Shown piece after piece: positions 28,316 to 40,378 of a stretch of 64,000 bases of DNA (within the stretch, counting starts at the first letter, position 1; the number at the start of each line of letters is the position of its first letter). Under the pieces are notes generated by a model that was not told the DNA's origin, ran no database searches, and saw only the letters and a list, made by a program, of their open reading frames with translations. The position numbers and the translations under genes were made by a program. The DNA comes from Balanoglossus misakiensis (Eukaryota; Animalia; Hemichordata): positions 9,535,677 through 9,599,676 of the forward strand of contig CM082592.2 in NCBI GenBank assembly GCA_040954595.2, in the 5' to 3' direction.

Positions 28316-31300
28316 TTATATGCGATAGTCCCTTCTGTGTGAGAACTCTTGAAACAAATTTCGAAATCAGTATGGCAGAAAAAACCAGACTATTAAACTG
28401 GTTCTGTTCACTGAACGGAAACATCTGCTAACTGCTAGACAAATGTCACTGGCCTTTCTGAAATCAATAATGAACGAAAACACATGTTCCCCAAGGCGAA
28501 TGTAATTCAAATCTGATCACTCTATAAATGTATGGAGTGACCGTGTGTAAATATAACAATACATCAAACCAAAGTAAAGCCCCAGTGAGCGATTTTTCAC
28601 TTTTCACCGATGGAAACCCAGCCAAAACTTCCAGATCCCCCATAATGCATCTCCACCCTGTTCCACTGTATACAATCCACATGAGTCAGTTGGTTTGTAG
28701 AGAATAAAATCTGTCTTGTCAGAGAAACGCTGGGTGAAACATTGAGAGTGTACACGTTTAATATTTGAGCACGGACAAGGAGATTGTCTATCTGTGATTT
28801 CTGTTACCTGTTAAGGTCCCCTGTTGGGATTTGACAGTTACCTGCCAACTTTATAGCATAGTATGACCATTAAATTCACTACATCACATCACGTCTGTGT
28901 AGTGATGATATCTATACTCTCCGTGTCGTCGCCGTCATGGACACGGCACAAATTCTAGACTACATTGACTCAATTTTCCTCGTCTCTCTGTCGACGTAGC
29001 TGCAGTCGAGCGTGCATGCATCTAAAACCACTTTGCCTGACTAGTCTCGTCCGCATGCGCAAAATAGGCGACATACGGGGCAGTGAGAAAGAATAAAATA
29101 TCTAACTCTACTTGCAGAGTAGGGTTTGTCATTTTATGTAAATCTCGAAGAAACTTGAATGCAACCGCCGCAAGGCAAAGTTTTCAGATGAACAGACGGA
29201 ATAGGAGAGGAAATTAATATAATCTTGCTGTGAAAATGTCAACTACGAATAATGGGCGCGCAGTTCATAGCAATAGGGAAGTAATCAAAAACGTCGAACA
29301 GAACGAAATGCGTGTCCTGGGAAAGTTGAATCGAGCGGCGGGTGTTGGGATGCATAAGCCACGTTGATAACATCACACGATATTTCCCGATGTGTGAAGC
29401 CAACAGCTGAGTCATTTCTTTGTGGATAGCTCTCTCGTGGAAAAGGTTTTGCTCTTTGCAGATTAGAGAATCATTTTCTTGCAAGATCAATCGGAAAATA
29501 TATCTCTGGAGAGAGTTGTCATCCGAGAAGTAAAAAAAGACCGATGCTATCCCTTATTGATTGTGATTTATAGCATTCGCACGGCAGGGGGAAATCGGTC
29601 AAGCTTCGACTACTGTTTCTTGTGTATGACAAATGATCTAAAGCAGAAATGTTACAATAGATCAAAATTTGAAAATGGCAGGCTGGGTGAAAACCAAACA
29701 GTCCTGCAGCCAATGAAAAAGTCTTCCCGTCCAAAACTTTCAAATTTTAATGGAAAGTTTTCCTCACAAAACTTCTTATCTGACTTGAAACACTAATTCA
29801 CCTATCGTAGACAGAGAACAACGCTACCCAATGCAAATGAGGACATCACTCCTGTCTGTATTCCTTTCCATTACTCGATTAACGGACACGAATAATAGCA
29901 ACCTCTTCGTCTTTAATGCATTACAGAACAGCTTTCAGGGACAACCTTTTTTGCGATTGCAATGAAGAGAGTCCATGAAAAGAATTATCAAACACTATAC
30001 AGTTCTTTGATTTACAATCTACGAATCAAGATTAGATTGTTTGTGTCACGTTACACACAAATTGACTGCACCCCGGGGGAAATAGCACACGCTAGTTTCC
30101 CCCACGGGAACGCGAGACATCCGGGTATTTTTTAGTTCCCGAGGCCAACGACATGCCTAGTATATAACTCGCTGGAAAATAGTGTTAGTCATTTTATGAG
30201 ACCGTCCAACATCACAGAGCTTCAGACATGAAAATCGTGTAGTCAAGCAGAATTTCAAGATCATGGCGCAGTTCTACTGGTTAAAGAAATTCAACATCTC
30301 TCGCCACCATTGATAATACTGACAATGCAATAACTTCACGGATATTTTCAACACATCGCTCTGTCTATACTCTGTACAGCACCTCTATGTCAGAAGAAAT
30401 CTGCCACGTTTTCCATTTCAAAGCAATCCAATCACAGGAGCCTGAATTATATATAGACCGGTCGCACCGAATCAGGTTATCATGAAATGCGCCGAACGTC
30501 TTATTATGCAATACCCCAGGTCTGTACTGACGGAATCCTTGGCTTCATATCAGTTTTCTTATCATGCTAACTCTCCATTTCATTTATGACGTCACTCCCA
30601 GTACAGTTTTGAATGATTATAATAAGTGTGAATACTGACAGGAAGTTGATCACTTATTTGATTTGACCGAGCGTTGTGATTAAACAAAAATCTTGAACTC
30701 ATGTAAATAAAATAATAATATAGAGATCATAATTGATTTTTAGAAAGGCCAATCAATCCATCATACATATTCCATTCAAGGTCAAGAGGTTGAAAGTGTC
30801 TCTTTTTTCAAGTTTACTTCATTAGATGATATACGCAATATCCACCTTGACAAAGAAATACAGTCATTCACAACGAAATCAGCGGATCATCCATCCAATA
30901 AATTATCATATGGGTCCCAGTTCCTAAATTGACTCCCGGTTTCTCGATGCAACGCCCAGTTAAGGTCGAACGAGCTTTCACGAATATTTTGCCTAAACGG
31001 AATTAGAATCGAATGTCAATGGAGAGACTTAAGTCACCGCATTTCTTGCATCATTGTTCGGAATAATCTTCTGGCGAGTCTAAGTGGCGGGGAGCTTGTG
31101 ACGGTAATGGAGTAATTGTTGTTGGTTCATGCTCTGACAGGGTGCCGCAGTAAAAGCCGCAATGAATGTTATTCCACGTGATCGAAGTTTAACGGACGCC
31201 TGACGAGGCAAAATGGATTACAAATGAAAAAAATTGAAAGACCAGTAATGGAAGTTAAGCGAAACACGGGGAGAGATGTTGACGCCCTGAGCATTAAAGT

Positions 31301-34300
31301 TTATATATTTATGGACGGGGTCAGATAGAAGTCAGGTGATAGAGACTGAAATTCGGTAAAAGGGTCTAGCAAAAGTGTCTTCCCCGAACGTTGTCCTGGC
31401 TCACCCTCGATCGATGTTTTGATGGCCTAAAGATAACCGTAGTCCCCTCCTCATTAGTATATACTGTTGGCAGATCATTTATTTACAGCAGCCGATGCAG
31501 TAAAAAAAACTACCCGCTTTATTTCTCCGTGCTCTACGCCCGTCGCTGCTAGCTGCTGTTAACATAACCACGCAGTCCCTCTGACGACCTTTAGTTTCAC
31601 TTCTGGTATGATAAACATAAATTGCGATGTGACAGGGAGTTTGCGCGTAGGTGTCTCTTAAGCTGTGAAAAAACTATCCTGGGGCCAGGATGATCGAAAA
31701 ACAACATTTCATAGCTGCCCTGACCGTGCGTTACAACAATATTAGCTTACGAAAAAAAATACGTTTTTCGAAGCAAATGAATCTAAATAACTAAAAGGCG
31801 GACATGTATGTATAATGTCATCAACAGCCGTACAGGTAACGACATATTTGTCATGCGGCACACAGAGGAACGCGCCCACAAAAGCGCCATTAAATTCTCA
31901 CGAAGTGTTTACAACCTAACGAGCAGAAGTAGATTTAAAAATAAATCTAAATCTCGCTACTTCGGATAACTAGGTGAGTGCTAAATCATTTATATGGCCA
32001 ACCAGAATTTCACGGTGACGAATTTCTACTAAAGTAGAGCCACCACGCTTACTGGAGTAACCAGTGAACTGAATATGCTAGATTCAATGACCATTAGGCA
32101 CACTGCAAGCGTCGCGTGTCACTGAACTTAGAGAGGAAACAGCAAAATAGGTGACTACCGCATGCGCATGCTCAATGGAAAATCGGGACATCTGAACTAT
32201 AAATATTACATGGAATTAAAATGGCAATGGGTGGCCGACTTCGTGCTCACAAAATTCAATTCACCCTAGTGTGATTTCACCGCAGCATGTAAAATTTATT
32301 CATGGCTACAGTCAGAGTTCTATTACACCGACTTTCTCTAGTTACGAGTAATTTCCTCTGCGAGTGAGCTTTCGCTATGACTTTGGAAATGCAGATCATT
32401 TACAGTAATTTTAGGTGGCTCCGGGCATTCAGGGGGGAAGAAGGAACGGCGGTCAAAGTTTAGAATTACAAATAAAACCCGATTCTTCCAATGTTACATG
32501 GCCATATTGATTAGCTTGCCTTGTATTACACATTGGGTTAAGTTGTTGTTTTCATTTTTGCCTGAATATGATTGTAATTTCTCAGTGGAATAAAGGGATG
32601 TTTACCGCGTGTAGTTCAACTTGGGAAACCCCGCATAGGAACCACTTCACATTGACTCAAAAAATATTCATCCGCCGTCAGTTTGCGCATGTGCCCTTTA
32701 CCCGTATCACTTATACCAATTAATTTCTAAGTGTCTCTTGCTCATAAATACTCCTTGATTTATTTGGGGACCCCTTGACCTCCTTACGTCGGTCAAGTGG
32801 TCCCCACCCGTGCAAAAAAAATGTCCCATCACGTTCGGTCTATAATTATTATGTAATGTTGGATAATTGGAAAAGGGAGTATTGTGAAGCCTTTAATAGT
32901 TGCTACCGAATGACTGATCACTGTGCCACGTTATTGTGGTAGCTGAATTACATGCGATAAATAATTCCTCTCTCAAATGACCCAAATTTTCTCGTTTTGT
33001 TCGCATAACGCCATATTTCTAGAGTACCATGTTTGATTGTTTAGTCGATAATAACTCACGCGTGGCAGCCTACGACCTGCAGGTAAACGCGGCAATTGGA
33101 ATGCACACTATTGTAAACTGTAATTAGATTTGCCATATGTTTGCGGGATACATGTGCACTCAGTACGTCAATTACAAATGTAAACACTCGTGCACGGTAG
33201 ACTAGTTTATAATTTAAAACGCAAAGAGAACAGACGGAGTGGGTAAGTCTGTTTCTACTGTGCGGTGAGCTTGAACGAAGGCACTTCTGTCTCAGCGCAT
33301 GAGTGGATGGGTTCCTAGTGAGTAAGTGAGCCCCAGTGGCAAGATGTCGGTCAGGTGTCTCGTCACCTGTCCAACTTGACATTTTTAACCCGGTCTTTCG
33401 ACTTCAAAAAACTTTCGCGAAAGAAAAAACGAGAATTACTTATCCCCAATGCCCTGTTGATCACCGTCCGTATCAAACAAGGCATGTATTTTGCAAGACT
33501 TCACATCATAATTGCTTTAGGCCTACCTGCTTGTTCAAACACGTCCGTCAGAGGCCCTTCGTCAACTGACGCGTAGAGAATACGTGAACAGCTAAAATGC
33601 GTATCCTAACACAAACAACGTAAATTGGTTTTGTCAATCAAACGACTCGCGGGCAGCTCGAAGCGGCCGTGTGAAAGCTTGTACACCGGAGGACTGTCTA
33701 TCACTAAGGCTAAGAGGGCCAAATAATATACTGAACAAAATGTTTGGAAACTCCCCCCATAAAAGTACTTAAAACATTTCCGAACAAATTCTAGAAACCA
33801 GTAATTTAGAAAAATGAAACGGATGGAAGAAATTCCGGACATACAACTTCACTCAGTCTCCTAAAGCAGCTGCAGGCTCTGTTTCTACTGACGCGCAGTG
33901 GATATCCCCCGGGAAATTGATACAATCTGTCTTTGAAACTTTATTTTTAATTTCCTGCCATATGAACATTCTACAAAAAAATACTCAAGATGAAGGAATC
34001 GTGTTACAGCTGAGTCTAGGCCTCCTTGCTCGTCGGTTCACTGTTTGGGTCGAGGGTTCTGCTTTTTAAGTTGTCTTTTCTTGTCCGGTAATCTTGAAGT
34101 AATCTTCCCAGGCTATATTTAGATTAATGTAGATATCACTTCTATTTGTGTATTTTCCAACAACGTGTGGAAATAGTTGTCCCATGATAAAATGATAAGC
34201 CCCTGTAATGTCAGGAAAACTCTCTAACTTTTAACCAGGTGGCAGTGATCTAATCTGTGAACGGAATACTGTCGACGATACCCGTCTTGAGTTGTACACA

Positions 34301-37300
34301 CGCCCGACGAATTGAATACATCAACGCCTGCCAACTCCAACTGCCGGGAAGATCACAAGGACACTGTTGAAAACAGGAAATTTCAGGGCATTGAGTCAAC
34401 TGGCGTTTGCTTACGTAGCCAGAGATCGTAATTAGGTAGTATTTGTTTGAGACAATCCGTGCCACGCTCGACAACGTGTGTGATTGACGTCACCTCGATC
34501 GACAGTAAATTGCCGAGTGCTTTCATATTGTTATCGGCAAAGATACACATCTTTTCACGTCATCTTTAATAATTTACGGAAATTCGAAATGGATAACACG
34601 GAATTCAATTGAATATACGTTGTCAGAATAGTGACACCTTGCCATCACAAACAGTAGATGTTCCATCCCATAATGCCCCCAAAGCCTGCCATATTTGTAG
34701 GCTTAGTCTTATTTGTGGGACCGTAGCGGTATGATTGACCACTTTGACCTGTTTCTATACAAAAACGACATCCACATTATTTACAATGCTTTAGTTTATA
34801 CTGTACCAGAATTGCATGTGCTGGCCTGAAACCACCAAAACCAATACCACCCTCGCCGCCGCCGCCACCAAAACCAAGAATACTCCGCACCACGACACGC
34901 CATATTAGTTGTGTACGCTTGGTCGCTTGGTGGTCGAGAGAAGCATTTCCATTTTGCATGACAAAGGCCATACATCACAATATGGTCATTATAATATTAT
35001 TTTGCCAGGTGGTCACTGGTACAAACGGACTGTGGACAACGGACTGTGATACTTGCTCTGTGATGCCAGTTTCTTCATACAGCCACCTTGCAACCTGGAC
35101 AGTGAGACTGAAGACACGCAGACACTGTAAAACGTCCTCTCGACCAAGAAGAACTTGAATATTTTTTATTGTAACAACTTTTTTTCCATCACCAGAAACT
35201 AATGGTTTTGATTAAATAGTTTCTGTTGCACAGAGCACTCCCTTGTGTGCTCTAAGGTTATTTCTACAACGTTGAAAAAGTTCACAAAAGGCGATGAGAT
35301 TACTAGTATTCTCCATATGTCGTATTCAGGATAATCATCCCATCAGGGCGCGCGTACTTTTCTTTCGGCTTGAATTAAACGCGCCTCATCTAGTCGGTGT
35401 TGGCCGATTCCAATCACCCTGAAACTCGGTTCTGCCATGAAAAACGCATCGATCAAATGCTTTGTCAGTTGATGTCATTACAAGTCCCATAGGGAGTATA
35501 CCGGGAAGTAGGGAAATTAACTTGATGTGGACAATGTATACGGCGAATCGCATTTTCTACATCAAACCTCGCTGTTTACAATAAGCAGAAAATTGCGCGC
35601 CTATTGAATATCAGCCGTGCTCGTCTAATTTGAAACATATAATTAAGCTAAATCTTTGTGCAAGAAAGCAGATAAGATGGGAAGGTGACCGTGACCCAAA
35701 GTCTCAAGAGACGTCTTGATTGATAAATACATAATAGCTCGCATCGCAGTTGCTGTGAGCGAGCGAGCAAACAAGTCTAGTTTCTATAAATGCGCCTATT
35801 TTGTTTCCACGTAAACGGAAAACGCCTCAGAGGGATGTTTGATTTGAAATAGGACTGTGGCAAGCTTGTTGATGCCATCGATATTTCAGTGGTAATCAAA
35901 AACATGTACGGCTACATGACAAATCATAACTGAGGACATTCGAGCTGAAATTATAGAATCCGACTTCCCTAACCCAATTATACGCTGATGGAAGCCCACT
36001 CGACTTCATTAGTATCAATTGATTAGAAGCCAGTGATAACCATATGTAACAATTACTCGTCGCTAAAGGTCTCCAAGCTTCCATTCAACGATTCGCTAAT
36101 ATTTATTTTCAATCTAATACACTTCATTAGTTTCTAATAATGCAATAAGTGTTGCTCAGGATGTTAATTTCAATAACCGGTTTCCCCATTTACGCAATCA
36201 GCTGTTATGCAACGACAATTTCTGTTTGAAGTGTTCTTCTGCACGACTTTATGAAATTACTCGTTGAATTGAGCATCGCTGTAAACCGGCAACTTGGTCG
36301 TTCGCTCAGTAGGGTGACAGGTTGGCGCGCGAGAGAGTGGAAAAACTAGGTTGTTTGCAGTACACTGCCAAGAGATTGACACAGGAATTTAGATCAAAGG
36401 GGAATAAAATACACAGAAATAAGCTTCTGCATATTGATTTATGCCATGCAGGCATCAAAAGTATATGATGCAGCAGGCAGTATTGACTTCACTCTGATCG
36501 ATGTCTGGGGCGGGGCAGTGAAACTCGATATGTCATTATCACCACACCAGTTCGCGTCTGACTAGATAATCTCCAACCAGTAAATTAAAATTAAAAAGGT
36601 AAGCAAATAAATCGGAACCACGTTTTGCTTATATTTCAAACTGTAAGTCGAGTTTGTAAAAACGTAAGGAATCGCATTTTTGACAGAGGCAGACGAAGAT
36701 ATTGCTACCATCAACAGCTGTGTGTGATGTAATAAATACATATACATATATCTCAACTTGATTGATGGGGCTCCTCTAATAGTGGAGAAAGCCTCGCTGC
36801 AACTTAATTGGGCGATCAATATGCCAAGAGTGAGCCGTCTTCCGCGTGGTGAACAAGCGAACTATATTTTTTACTTGTCTCTATGTCAACAAAATGCGAT
36901 CAGCAACGCTGTCATTTCGACAGCGCGACAGGAATGAATGAATAAATGAAAGGAAATTTCAGCCATACAACGGAAACAAAAGTGTCAAAATCCTGTCTAT
37001 TCCAGGTACAGCACGTTATCTTGGCAATTTCGCTGAATCGCACGCACTGAGGATGTGACGTCAGTTCATACGTAAGGTTGCTCATTGTTGGCCAACTATG
37101 ATAATTTTTGTATGAAGGCAGTATTCACGAGAAGTGCATTAACACACAAAAGTGGGATAAATTAGATTTCACACCTGAACAAACATATTATACCTGACGT
37201 TCGTGCCGATATGATGACACATAGGCTGGCTGGTGAATCTCTATAACAATACGAATGTTATCATGATATATGATCGTACAGCTACCCTAGCGTGACAGAG

Positions 37301-38641
37301 TGAAGTTATATTTTACTCCATTCGAATTCGACAAGGACACCACATTGAAATCAAAAGACGAAGATTTTTTTGCCTCGTGAAATACGGGCAGTTAGTTGGC
37401 TGTGAAAATCGAAATAAAGCAGAGTGATGGAATAGAGTTGAACACAGCACCTGGGACGACAGTCCTAAATTGCAGTCGCTGTGTATTTACATACAGATTA
37501 CTTTGTGGGGCTTGCTTCGATCCCATGATGCAAACATGTCAAAAAGGCTAAGACGAATCCTAAATATCAGTAAGTGCCACTCAGTTCTTTGTAACGGAAG
37601 TGTTTAAGAGTATGTAACTAGCAACTTCGGTTTGGAGCAAACGTTGTAGGGGAGACCAAAATCTTAAACGTGTGTATCATGAAACTTTGACCATAACTCA
37701 GTCAATGAAGGAATAACTTATCCTATTGTCAACGTGCTTACTTGTGAGGTAAACTTCATAAGTGTTTTGCCCAATAGAAAAACCATGTATTAGTTAGCTG
37801 ACTCGGCATTTCATTCAACTTTGCCCATCATAGTCTTTCATCCTTAATAAAATGTGTTACGTATTTTCTGAAAGACGGAATAAGCTTATTCGATCGTAAA
37901 TGGACGAATTATTGATCGCCAATACAAAGCCATTTAGTGCATTTATATAAGCGGCGTACTTCCGCGTATACTAGTATTCTGCCGTGAAAAAATAACCATA
38001 TTTTCGAGGCACTATAGCGCGGGCATTGGCTACGGAAATTGTATGGAGTGAAAAGATACGACTCACGCAGCTACATTGTACAACACACTTGGAGGGTTTA
38101 TTGGTTGAGTCAGCCAGTACCTTCCTGTCAGAAAAACGACCCATTAGACGACAATGTAGGTGATTGCCAAGTAATTAACGACACCTATACTCTAGCTCAG
38201 CAGCTACACTAGCCATACACAGGAGATATTCGTATACATGTATTCGAAACTACGTCGTTGCACGTACTATGAACCGACAGGATATTTCCCTTATCGAATG
38301 TCAGTGTGCATTTGTCCGTCTCTCTCTCTCTCTGTTTCTCAGGATGTATTTGGATGCAATTTTCATGTTTGTGTTGCAACTCACAAACTGAGTACACTCA
38401 ACTTGGATATGCATTATGCTAGTATTATGTATACTATTAGGCACAAATCCCTCCGTATAGCCTCAGCTAATGTGAAAAAAAATGCAGCTACATTAAAGAT
38501 ACAGACGATATGCTTTGATGAAATTTATCACGTAATTTGGCATATACACAATAGATCCAATTTAGAGATGATTTAATTGAACAGCGTGTGGTAATTATGT
38601 CGACAATTACACCATGCCGATTATATATTGATTTATTATTG

Positions 38642-40378
38642 TCATTTAATTCTGCAGCAACACAAACCGGCCTCTAAGACGTTAGCAACGGCAACGCGGA
38701 AGTCGCGGTCGTTGTATACGTACAGGAAGGGGTTCACGATTGAATTCGAGTACTGCAGCCAAGCAGCTATGCTGTAGACGGTGGGAGAGAGACACACGTC
38801 CGTACAGAAGGAATCCATGATCATGGCCACGGCCCAGGGAGTGTAGGACAGCAGGAAGAATCCGACGAGAGTGCCCAGCACCTTGGCCGCCCTCCGGTCT
38901 CGTCTCTGCCTCTTCGCGCTCCTCTCCCTCTGTATCTTGGGGCTCCTGTGCGCGACCGGCGGCTTCCGGGCGTTGCTCTGGCGACGGCGCTCCATCTCCA
39001 CGATGTCGGATTCGGAGTTCTCTCCGCTGTCGTCTGCCTGGTTCCCCCCGGTTTCGTCTTTCCCGACCCCCTCGCCACTTTGATCTTGACCCGAAAGAGG
39101 TTCTTGTTCCCCTTGCTGGTGGGAGTTGGTCTTCACTGGCGCGCCACCGGCGTCCCCGTCTGCGTCGGATTTCGAGACAGGCGTTCCGTCAGCGGGGCTT
39201 TGGCTTGGCCGTTGACCTTGATCCTGTACAGCTGCGTCGCTCAAGAAAGCCGCATTCCCGTGTGTGTTACAAACCTGTGGCTTGGCGGCAGTCAACGGTT
39301 GTAAGGTGGTGGATTGCTCACCCGATGGAAGAGACGTGTTAACGTCCGTGATTTCGGTTTTCACTTCCCGGGGGAGCTTATCTTTCGCGTCGGTCGCATT
39401 TCCCCCCTGCTCCTGACTGACGCCGATAGTTCTCAGCGGGTAGCTGGCCGACGCTATCGCTTTCTTGGTGGGCGTCGCCGTCGACCGGCCGGGAGGAGCT
39501 GTGTACCTGGCGGCCAGGTAGATGCGAATGTACAGGAAGAATATCATGAATAGCGGTATGAATATCGTAACAATCAGACTCAGGATGACGAATGGCATAT
39601 TATCCATCCACTCCTCAAAGCACTCTTTATCGTAGTCTATGATGGAAACACCGCTTACCGGCTCCCACAGAACCATCCCGGGGACCGACGTCACAAAGCC
39701 GAGGAGCCAGGCCACCACGTTCATGCCCCGAACGAGTCGCAGCGAACGCTTGTTGCGGTAGTACACCGCGTGAAGAATGCACATGTAGCGGTCGAGGCAT
39801 ATAGCGCACATCACATACACAGAAGCGTTATAGACAAAATAGTCAATGGAGATCCACGTGACGCAACAGACTTTGCCTAGTTTCCACTCGTCCATGCCCA
39901 GCAGACTGTCGTAGGCCGCCAGAGGGAGGACGAAAATCCCGGCAGCCAGGTCTGAAAAGGCGAGGCTGGCGTAGAAATGGTTCGTCGGCCGCCGCTGCAG
40001 GTTTTGGTGCGTGTAGAACGCGATGAGAATGAGCGCGTTGGCTCCGATGGTGACGATGATGACGAGGGCGAGAATCACGCCGGCGACCGCGGTGACGACG
40101 TAATCCAGGCCGTCGCCGCTTTCGCCTTCGAACGTCCCGTTCATGTTGAGAGTCTCGTTCGGCGCCGTGTCCAGAAAGGCCGCCAGGCTACGATCGAGGA
40201 AATCCATGCCCGCCGTTATGTTAATGGAGAGGGATGCCTCTGGAAGAGTTGAATTGGCCTCATAGCGTCTGAAGAGCAGATTCATTGATCGATTGCTGCT
40301 GTGGAGCTCAGCTGCATCCGATGGCACGAGAGAAGTAGTAGTAGTCGACTGCTGAACCAATCGGGGACCCACGTTCAT
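38642..40378 (-). CDS. Intronless class A (rhodopsin-like) GPCR, aminergic muscarinic/histamine-receptor-like, 578 aa
   Basis: Seven hydrophobic segments with N1.50 (GANALI), D2.50 (SLAFSD), TM3 WISIDY..NASVY..CLDRY (D3.32), W4.50, P5.50, a long polar ICL3, TM6 RRAAKVLG..LSYTPW and TM7 WLQYSNSIVNPFLY. The N-terminus has N-glycosylation sequons and the C-terminus a CCC motif. The exact start Met is uncertain. Confidence 0.95.
   Translation of the reverse strand: MNVGPRLVQQSTTTTSLVPSDAAELHSSNRSMNLLFRRYEANSTLPEASLSINITAGMDFLDRSLAAFLDTAPNETLNMNGTFEGESGDGLDYVVTAVAGVILALVIIVTIGANALILIAFYTHQNLQRRPTNHFYASLAFSDLAAGIFVLPLAAYDSLLGMDEWKLGKVCCVTWISIDYFVYNASVYVMCAICLDRYMCILHAVYYRNKRSLRLVRGMNVVAWLLGFVTSVPGMVLWEPVSGVSIIDYDKECFEEWMDNMPFVILSLIVTIFIPLFMIFFLYIRIYLAARYTAPPGRSTATPTKKAIASASYPLRTIGVSQEQGGNATDAKDKLPREVKTEITDVNTSLPSGEQSTTLQPLTAAKPQVCNTHGNAAFLSDAAVQDQGQRPSQSPADGTPVSKSDADGDAGGAPVKTNSHQQGEQEPLSGQDQSGEGVGKDETGGNQADDSGENSESDIVEMERRRQSNARKPPVAHRSPKIQRERSAKRQRRDRRAAKVLGTLVGFFLLSYTPWAVAMIMDSFCTDVCLSPTVYSIAAWLQYSNSIVNPFLYVYNDRDFRVAVANVLEAGLCCCRIK

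Noticed and set aside
28921-28958. CCGTGTC...GACACGG hairpin followed by CTAG, like a Helitron 3' end
   Set aside because: The loop is long, the base after CTAG is A rather than T, and no 5' end is identifiable.
33337-33390. TGGCAAGATGTCGG resembles the 5' part of miR-31
   Set aside because: The 3' part does not match and the surrounding hairpin is too short and irregular for a pre-miRNA.
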